This document shows positions 37,609 through 47,653 of a DNA stretch of 64,000 bases, piece by piece. The DNA comes from Mytilus californianus (lineage: Eukaryota). The position numbers and the translations under genes were made by a program. The notes under the pieces were generated by a model that made no database searches, was not told where the DNA came from, and saw only the letters and a list, made by a program, of their open reading frames with translations. The stretch is taken from positions 14,260,001 through 14,324,000 of the forward strand of contig NW_026262593.1 of assembly GCF_021869535.1 (NCBI RefSeq), in the 5' to 3' direction. Position 1 is the first letter of the stretch. The number at the start of each line of letters is the position of its first letter.

Positions 37609-40600
37609 ATGGAGCGAAAGTTTTTGTTATTAAATTATGGTGAAAGAACAAAAAAAAATATCTGTGACTAATGATTTAAATGTAAATTTTATTCAAGAAA
37701 ATGTTCAATCAAAATTTGGTTTGAATGATCATGATGTACATCTCCAAATTTTAGACAATGATGTAGGAGAGTACATCGACTTGGATTCAAATGAAGATAT
37801 AAATTTAGAATTAAATATAATCAGAGTAAAAATAACAAAGGCATTTGTAAGTGCGGATTCCCAAGAAATTCCAAGAACAACAGCTTGTACTCCCTTTACG
37901 TTGCCAATTGTGAATGAATCAACAGAATCTTTCAGTACCTGTACATCACCAGTACCTACATGTACATCTACATGTATCAACTTGAGCAGCCCATCTAGAC
38001 AAGTGCCTACATCTAGCAACATATTCACGAACAGCCCATCTGGAGTAGAGATTATTGGTAGTGATGTGCCGACCACAAAAAAACAGATAACACGGTGAGA
38101 TTCAATGGTGTATTTTTTCTTGTAAAATATTATACTACATTAATTGTTATATTAAATTTTTAATATGGTATAGTTTTAAAGAATATTGTGTTGTTGATTA
38201 TTCATAGTGTGGACCATTGTTTATCATGTTCAAACTATCAGTACTATGTTATACAATGAAATAATTTGCATTGAACATGTAAATCAATCTTTGGTTGATC
38301 TATTTAGACTGGTTTATACTATTATCTTTAATTAATGTTTCTGTAATCACCGTCCACAGTCAAAAAGTAATGAACAAATCTTTAAGTGACGTGTACAGTA
38401 TAAAGGAACTGATCGCCATATTATTAATTTAACAAGGGTTCATTTATTATTGTTTTTAATACACCTTTTATTTTGGTTTAGGAAACAATGGCCTAGAATT
38501 TACCACTTTCCATCTGCCAGTGCACCTAGGGCATTATATATCAAAATAGAAAGAAAAGAACCTCTTGAAAAATCAGACAGAAGTCGACTGCTGGATACAA
38601 TTTATAACAATGTAACGCAGTTTGAAGGTGGTCTGTAAGTAATAACATGTAGAATAACCGATGTTTTCTTTTTAAAATGAATATTATATGTGGTTCATGT
38701 ATGATTGGCAATGAGACAACTCTCCAATAATAACAGGTAATAAAAAAAAACATGTGTCTAGGTCTTACATTATTGACTGGAATTTTGCTTTAATACTACT
38801 AGTATTTTTTTAAGGAAGGATAAATTCTGAAACACAAAATTTACATTATACACAGGTTTCCTGGTCATAGACCAACTTCCTTAAATCAACAGATCCAAAT
38901 TCTTGGGTTGAGAAACTTTTATCCAAAATTTTGGGTGGGTTTCAATTTGTCATAGGAATAAAATCTGGGAAAAATATGTACTTGCAATGATATGTGAATT
39001 ATTTTTTTCAGCTACCCCTCATCAGACATGTATGACCAGATAGTGGACGGGATTCTTATGGAATTTCCCATGCTTATGCAAGAAAGTGGAACACCTCTTT
39101 AGTCTGTTAGAGTAAGTTTGAAAGAAATTGCTTTTCATATACTATGATATATATCTCATGAATTCTGAAATGCAAAAGAATAATATATTCAAGACTTAGA
39201 AAGTTTTCAATTGTCAAAAAGAAAGAAGAAAAGTTTCTTTGGAAAAAAATTTACATGTTTAATGGATATTCTCATTGTTTATGTTTTTACTAGTAATCTA
39301 CTTCAAGAATATATGATATTAGAGTGTAGCCTGAATATATGATATCCACCAAGTAGATTTTTCAATTTTTCTTGTGATGTCTTTACATAAGTTTTCACAA
39401 TGTAATCTTGTATGTTTGTAGTAAACCTAAAATACTGTGAAATTAAAAAAAATATCTCTCCTTTCTTGATGTGACATTAAATTTAGAATTACTATCTACT
39501 TTTAAAGGTCTATTGGAGAGAGAAATTAAAATATAAATGGCAGAATGAAAGAAAATCAAAAGATAAAAATCTCCCAGAAGTAAAGGCAAAGAAGAGGAAG
39601 GTAACGACCGAGTTGAAAGATGATATGCCAAAAGCCAAGAAAAATTTGACATGGGGAATGTCGAATTATTTGCCGATGAGGCCAGATTCGGAAGATTTGG
39701 AATCCATAAAATTGCACAAAACTTGGCTAAAGCAGGAGTACAGAAAAGTTGACCAAGATTTTAGACTGGTTGACTTGAAAATGGGCCTGACATTTCCTGA
39801 CAGAAGAAAAGATATAGTTCAAGATGGAAATATTTTATCAGAAATTATTAAAGAATATCCATTTTTACAAGACAGAAGACAGGTATTATGTATTTCAGAA
39901 CTTTATTGTAATGATCAAAACACGGAGTAATGTTCTGAAATCTTGATTTTGAGTTATTTCCTTTTTTTTGTTTTGGTATTAATTTTTTTTTATTTTCTCT
40001 CAACATTTATGTATAAAAAGTTTTTAAGACAACCATAACTTTGACAATCCGTCATTGAATTTTAAGAAATTCATTGCTATTTTTAGACACAATATATCAT
40101 GTATGTACTATATATATTTATTTATATTGTCTGCCTTAATTACAGTTACTTCAAGAATTTGCCAGACTAGGACCTAATACAGAAAAAAAAGAATTGGAAG
40201 ACCTCTTTTTTGATGGTTTGGATTCGTACAGAGAAGTCATAGTGAAGTTATCCAAAGGGAAGAAGCTGCATCAATTTGAAAAAGAAATTTATGATTTAAT
40301 AGCTGTACAAAGATCTGATGACCAGAGAAAATGTAAGTTTATTATTTTATTAATGTGTTTCTCTAGTTGAAACATAATTTGTTGGTACAACTATAGTATT
40401 TTTTAAAAATCTTTTTGTCTTTGGTATGTTTAATCTAGCTTCCTTTGAACTGATCCCTTAAATTGTGGACTAGCATGTTAAAAAAGGACTCAGTGTGTCA
40501 GTCTAGTACAAACCAAAGTTTATATTCATATCACATTAGCATGTTCTGATCCTGAATATGCATCTAATTTAACAGCCATCAATAGATCTATCAAAACAAA

Positions 40601-41424
40601 AACACTAGAAATGAAATTTTTATAAAAATATAAAATTATATAAGGCATATACATGTATAATCTGACTATTAAATAGATGATATAGAATTAATATTACATC
40701 TACTGTGGTATATGAAAGATAGTTTTTATATTAATTTTAATATTTATTATTAAATGACTGAATTTTCTGTTTAATTTCTCATTAGCTAAAAGAAATCCTT
40801 TTTGATAAAACGTTAAATTCACTGCAGCAAAAATCAAGAGAGGTTAACAATTCTGTATTTCGGAAAAAACTGGCAATGCTCGATAAAACTTCGCCCTTCC
40901 CCAGTTTTTCAGCCTCATACAAAAAAGTTTATATTTTTCTGACATTGACCTAATATCACTCATATATATATATATATAGTACAGAATGAGTGTATTTTTG
41001 TATACTACAACTGTATGATGTTATATTTGTTGTTTCAGACACAAGTCAGTGCGCAGCCATCTTAGGAATTGCATTGCTTTTGAAGGAGAAGTTCAATCAG
41101 ATCCTGTACTTCAGTGATTCCGAAGAAACAGAAGAACCATTTCTTCTGATAATCAAAGACAGAATTTTAAGTATGGGGAATGACCTATTTGAACTGAAGG
41201 TAGATGGGGATGTGATATTCAGATGTGACACTTTTCTTGAATTAATAACTGGATTGATAGCTTCAATTTATTGTTTCAATTTAGTCTATCCAAAACCTAT
41301 TGAAAAATCATTGTTGTTTATACAAAATTGTATCATGAGTTTAAATGATGGTGGGAAGGTTGATAAGAAGATTTTATCAGTAATAACAGAATTAAACAGA
41401 GAGAAAACTAAAACATTAAATTAG
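37609..41424 (+). pseudogene. Accessory (TnpA-like) gene of the CACTA element, 6 exons: 37609-38094, 38482-38634, 39012-39111, 39508-39882, 40146-40332, 41039-41424; ~560 aa; A9 frameshift in exon 1 and in-frame TAG at 39100
   Basis: GT-AG junctions are phase-compatible (2,2,0,0,1). Motifs LQILDNDVGEYIDL, WPRIY, LYPSSDMY, YWREKLKYKWQNER, FPDRR, LLQEFAR and CFNLVYPK...FIQ resemble the SAMD3-like proteins of animal EnSpm elements. Confidence 0.78.
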
Positions 41425-44400
41425 TATTTGAATTTTATGAGATACTGTAAAGATGTCTGGATCAAAGGATCATCTGTTGTCTTCCTCATTTTTCTGATGT
41501 AATATCACAAAAGTCACACTTGCATTGGTTAATAATTGTGTTTTTTTCTTCAATTCTATTTGACATTTTTGTAATCAATTGCAAAATATTGAAGCTTGAA
41601 TCTGGATTATAAAATTTAGAATTAAAACAAAAATGAAACAAACAGATAGATTTAAAGAAGAGTAGGTAAAAGTTATCCCTATGCCATCCTTTCGGTTAGG
41701 TGTAATGATCCTACCACTATTGGAAAAGGCTGGGTGAGCTTTTGAGATAAAGATAATAATGAACAAGTTTTTAGAATTGCCCAAAAAAAATATGAATTCT
41801 AATACATATCTTTCGATAATGGTTAAATATCGCTGAGAGTAGGATAAGTGTATTTCCTATAGCTATTGATGAGGTTTTGATACTAATAAGAGGATCATTA
41901 TGTATTTCCTCCTTTTTTTACTTTATCGGTTATTGGTGTAGCAGTTATCAGTTATTAGTGTAGCCATAATCAGTTATTAGTGTAGTTGTAATTAGTTGTT
42001 AGTGTAGTTTTTGTTACATTGTTAGAATTTTTTTTTATGTCAAGAAGTGGTGTTGAGCAGTTTTTAATTACCTCATTTGATATACATGTAGTTCACATTT
42101 TAAAAAGAATTACCAGATTACTAGTGCCAATATTTTTGTATTTTGTATTTTTTAATTATTTTTTTAGAATTATACATACAGTTATAATATTAGATTCAAC
42201 TTGTAGTATTTTGTATACATATTGAATAACAATTGTTCTGAAATTGTTTGTGATTAGTCATGAAAGTCAAATTTAGATAATTTGTCATTGATACCAGCCT
42301 GGCCCATAATGTTTTTTTTTTATTTACTGTTAAATGTAAATTCTGTAATGTTAGTAGCACTGAAACTGTTTACAATATAGAAATGCATATATCTTTTTTT
42401 TAAGTTTGTCATTGATAAGATATTTTTACTGTTTTTCTGGGTATCCTGCATGTGACTTGCTTATTAATAGATTATATCATAATTATGAGAATTTGTAGTG
42501 TTCATTTTTTTTAAAGAAAAAAGTGTAAAATTGAATAGATGTTTCTGTCTAGTTTTATGTATATAGTTAAGGTTTATAGGTTTATCAAATACAAAGGCCA
42601 TCCCAAAGAAAGTTTGTCACAACACAAGCTCTTTTAGAAGAAAGGGTTTGGGTGTTTATTTTTACCTTTCTCTTTTTATCAAGTGACTTATAATGGAATT
42701 ATAGCATATCTCAACTTAAATTTTGAATACCCCAACATGATTAAAATACTGAAAAATTCATTAACGCAAGTGCTTGAGTTATGAGCAGTTATCAGTGTTG
42801 TCTAGATCTCACACTTTTGTATGGAAAGTGCTGCTACACATAAATTAAAGGATACAGGTTAGATTTTTTTTATTCAAAACCGTAGGCATATTATATAGGT
42901 AATCGTTTTTATTCAATGAACTTGGTGTGCCTGTTTAGTAGTGTAGATAAATGTTAATAAAATGTTTAAACCTGGAATATTTCTATGCATGCCTTTCTCA
43001 GTGTGTAATGTTTAACTTGACTGATGTCCTTAAACATAAATAAATGTATATCAATTGATTTTTTTGTTGTCTTACTGCCTTGTATGACTATCAAAAACTG
43101 CAAAATATAACAGAAATTGTCATAATATAGCATATCTTTAGTATTGGGGTAGCAAAATTAAAATCAATATTTCAGCTTGGTCTTCTTTTCGAGGGTCTAT
43201 CACGAAATCATTTCCAGTAAAGGTTACACACCTGTAACAATGTTTTAGAGGTATATAGGAACCGACCTGTTTAATGTGCCTTGCTATTACAACGCCTCCA
43301 AAACAGCTAGATGAACATTGCATCAAAGTTTAAGGGGTATATACATTGTAGAAATCACACAGTCTGTCTGTCCATGTTCATTGCAAGGAAAGCTCCAAAA
43401 TGCTTCAACTAAACTGATGAAACTACACAATTGTTGAGCACTACCTATAAAGATGTGCATAAGGAAATAAGTTGGATTGATAATAGTGAACTGTATGATT
43501 TAACAGCTGAGCAATAATCTTACTAAAAAAACAGTAAGATTCACTAATTATACCAGTTAATTGTGAAATTGCTTCAGTAAAAATAATGCATTCAGTAGTA
43601 ATATATACCGAACCTTCTAGTAAATTTAACTAGTCATGATAGTTAATCTCATTGTGTTATCTTGTTATTATTACTTGTTGGTTAGTAAATGATTACTGAC
43701 ATAGGCAGTAAAAAACACTAGACCTACTAGTAGAAATTTACTAGTTCAGATAGTAAATCTACTAACCCACTGGTGTTTGAATGGACAGTAAAATTTACTA
43801 CCTTTAATAGTAAATTTTACAAGCTATTTTTTTCAGTGTATGCACTTTCATAATAACAAGAAATAATGTTAAATTAAATCATTTTCTATTATTTAATTTT
43901 AATATCATAGTCCTTTAAGAAATTTCTTAACTGGTTTTCGATTTCTTTGATCGGTTAATCTATATTTTTCTCAAGTAACCACTTGACGGCTTTGTATAAA
44001 TCAGGACTTCGCATGGTTGTGGTTCAAAGTGTGTCCTGTTACAGTGTCCATTTTCACTTATACAAATTAGCCGCTAGCAACATTAACATTTTAATGAAGT
44101 ATGTGTACGTTTCTAATCAAATTTAAATATTTTGGGGTTTCATAAAATATTTCTTACCAAATACATATGTATATGTTTCCATATATCCATTAGCGTCACA
44201 TTTTGGATAAAATAAGGAGATCTGGTTGCAAATGATCCTATTCACCTGTGATCAATGTGTTAATTTCAGGAAATCTATCGTAGTAATAATGAATTTTTAG
44301 AGAAAGTTGAAAATGTTCATGAAGGTCGCCTTCTTCGTCTACACATCCCTTAAACCCTGACCTCGACGAGAACTTTGAACTTTGCGTTCAGTATTACTTT

Positions 44401-44799
44401 ATTTAAAATATTGCTTTAAGTGAAAAAAAAGTTCACAGTGTAGGAAAATTTAACTGACAAACAATGTCATTGCAAAAGCAACGCATATTTGTTATAAATA
44501 CTTAAACCGTATTAATCAGATACTGAATTTTCAATAGTATTTTTAACCGCTTTGTGTTTTTGTTAATGTAATCATCATGTAAATGGTACTGATAATGCTA
44601 TATTCATAACTTCGACTATTATTTATGAATATAAGTGTCACTATAAAGCCTTTTTTATTTTACCTAACTTGTGAATGTAAAGACTGTTCATTTCTTACTG
44701 TTTATTATTTGACAATCTGATTTGCATTTATGGATATTTGTGGAATAATCTGACCAATTCCTTGGTAGCTGTCTTTGATTTAATCCTGTTTTTCTGTTG

Positions 44800-45560
44800 T
44801 GGTTAACAGCATATGAGTTAATATGCTCGATATTAACTTCATCAAAATAGAATGATGCCAAAATCATACTTCAGGTAACATAAAAAAAAACATTATTTAA
44901 CCGTTGCTAAGCACTATTTTGGTTGCTAAATATTTGATTAGCATGATATACTATTGAATTACTTTCATTTCTTACTGCTCGTTATTCTTATAAACCAATC
45001 TGATCTGCTTTTACTCTAATTTGTACAATAAAAAAACAAATGTATTTTTGTAATTAAATTTAATTTTATCTTTTTTGGCTGTTGCTAGGCAATTTTTGGG
45101 TTGCTATGCTCAATATGAAATTCTTAAAATAGAATAAAGGTGACTCAGAAATCATATATGAACGAAAAATCATTTATGGCAGCTAAATCTTCAAACATTG
45201 CTATATTTATACCTCATATGGCAGAAATTACAAATTTTTTAACCGTTGCTAGGCAATATTCTAGTTGCTAGGTTGTTGCTAAGCATTTATTAACTGAAAA
45301 TGAAGTGACTATTCATTTGCAACTTCAAGTTATTGTTAAACAAGCAACCTTATTTTAAATTATGCTAATTTGTAATGAAAAAGCAATGCATAAGTGATAA
45401 TTTGTCTATTTAATAAAACCGTTGCTAGGCAACCTTCCTTTCACCGGAACACAAAAAAAAATCATCGTTTTGTCTAGTTTCTATACAAAGGCTATCAATG
45501 ATCTATATATAAACTTATTCGGGAAGGGGGCCAAAAACGCCCCTTATCATACCTTGTCCT
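44800..45560. repeat. Diverged ~170-bp tandem array, each unit carrying a GTTGCTAGGCAA(C) motif; probably the end of a non-autonomous DNA element
   Basis: Motif starts at 44903, 45081, 45245 and 45421 (spacing 178, 164, 176). Confidence 0.6.
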
Positions 45561-45682
45561 TTCATTAATGCATTCATTCATTCACTGTCATATATAAAAT
45601 TGATAATTTGATTATGATAATTAAGAACATATAGTTATGATTAAGCAATATTGTCAGTAGTTAGGTAATATATTAAAATATG

Positions 45683-47185
45683 GGCGTATTACGTTTCCGC
45701 ATTTATAGCAAAAATCCAGTTTCACGTTTCCGCATTTTCGTGCATTACTTTTCCGAAATAAATAGATACCACCTTTCCGCATTTTTACCTGTATTTCACC
45801 TGTAAAAAAATGGTAATAATGATATATAAGACTTTATTTTATTATAGTATTTTTTCTTAATTTGTATTTTATTATGATAATATAATTCCTTCAACAGGTA
45901 GATTATATTCTTTACTTGGGTAAATGATCAAGAAACAGGTATCATTATTTTCTCATGTTCAGTTAATTTAGAATGTCTTTGTAGTGAAATGGAGGATATT
46001 TTTATTGACGGAATTTTCAAGTATTGTCCAAAGTTTTATTATCAATTATACTCAATATATGGGTGTCTAAATGGCAATTATATTCCACTTGTTTTTTGCT
46101 CTCCTACCTAGAATTTCCTAAATGCTTCTTGCCAACAGAGAAATTTAGTGCTCTCTCCGAAAGCAATACATATTGACTTTGAACAGGCCATGCACAATGT
46201 TGTAAGAGTAATTTTTCCTAATGCAGATATAAGCGGCTGCAGATTCCATCTAGGTCAAAGTTGGTGGCGTAGAATACAAACTATTGGACTAAGTACCGAA
46301 TATAAAGAAAGGTCAAGTGAAGTAGGGAAATGGCTCAACCAGTTCTTTGGACTCGCCTTCTCATCACCAGAAGAGATTGAGGATTGTTTTGTAGAAGACA
46401 TTATGGCAGTTACTCCACAAAACGAAAAATGTTTGAAATTTTGCTGACTACATCCTAGAAAACTACATTGCCGCTGATTCTAAGTTTCCACCGCAAATAT
46501 GGGCATCTCCTCCCGACACAGAAGCCAAAAGAACCACAAATGGGCCGGAATCGTTTCATTCTCATTTTAACTCCCAGTTCAATGCATGTCACCCAAGTAT
46601 ATTTATCTTTATGGACGTTTTGCAGTGGATCCAAACAACAACTTACATCAAAATTCGGTCTTTATCAGCAATAGCACCAGTTCGTAAAAATGACCGCGAA
46701 CGAATTGAATTCGTATCCGAACAGTTTGTCAAGTATGGTAGAGAAGAGATTACGAGGTTAGACTTCATAAAGTCAGTTGGCTACAAGTTTTCCGCTTTGA
46801 CAAATATGGAAACTGTGCTACATGTACTGTATAATAGTATACTGACGTTTACTGTTTTATCTGTATATATAAACTTTTAGTGCTGAACATTGACTTTTAA
46901 TTGATATATGACCATGTATAATTTTTATCATTTTAAGTTGATAGTTTCATTTTAATCATAAGACTTATCCTGCTCGAAGTCCTACTTAGACCTCCCCGTT
47001 GGTGAGCAGGGGGCAACAGATTTACCTGGCAAATAGAAGAGGCATACATTAAAAAAACGGAAATGTAAATAACCTTTAACAAAATCAATGTAAAAACAAT
47101 GCGGAAAAGAGTACTATAAAAATGCGGAAACGTAGGAATTTTAATGCGGAAACGTAGTACCAAAATGCGGAAACGTAAAACGCCG
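45683..47185 (+). mobile_element. Mutator-like (MULE) internally deleted element, 1.5 kb, with 9-bp TSD
   Basis: TSD TAAAATATG at 45674-45682 and 47186-47194. Inverted ends GGCGT(A/T)TTACGTTTCCGCATT; tandem ACGTTTCCGCATT subterminal motifs at both ends. Confidence 0.88.
45910..46820 (+). pseudogene. MULE transposase remnant, frameshifted
   Basis: FIDGIFKYCPKFYYQLYSIY...YIPLVF; IHIDFEQAMHNVVRVIFPNADISGCRFHLGQSWWRRIQ; RTTNGPESFHSHFN...HPSIF. Confidence 0.85.
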
Positions 47186-47653
47186 TAAAATATGTCGCTC
47201 AATGTCCACACTGAGTATTTCATAGTGCGTATCAAAACATGTTGATTAAAAGTTATGGATAAGAAATGTAAAAAGAAACCGAAATACAAAATAAATAAGG
47301 AAACACAATAAATTTAACTCCAGAAAGTCAGAATTGTGAATTATAAGTAAAATTTCCAAAATGATAAGAGCATCATTATATTGTATGATAACTCTAAAGA
47401 TTCTTTAAATGTGGTTTAAAATAACCTTTAACCGGTACTGTGAAAATATGGACTTTGTGTGTATCTTAATAGCATGAAACTGCTTGATTCATATGTTACT
47501 CCGTGGAAATAGCGACCACGCTTGTAATATTTTTCTTAAATCTTTAAATTTATTCTTATAATAGTTTGAGATAAATAACAGCTTTCAGATTGAGATACAT
47601 TGTTAAGTAGCAACATGCCGACAGTTCTCAACTATACATTACATGTAACGGCG

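Larger units (their letters stand above)
33980..43838 (+). mobile_element. CACTA/EnSpm (CMC-superfamily) DNA transposon, ~10 kb, two genes; left TIR not identified
   Basis: Right end TATTTTTTTCAGTG (reverse complement CACTG...). A dense AGTAAA/TTTACT subterminal array lies at ~43480-43830. Encodes a transposase and a spliced accessory gene. Confidence 0.8.

Noticed and set aside
37729-38076. Antisense ORFs at 37729-38076, 35674-35895, 56523-56930 and 63764-63979
   Set aside because: Shadows of coding or RT-derived sequence on the opposite strand.
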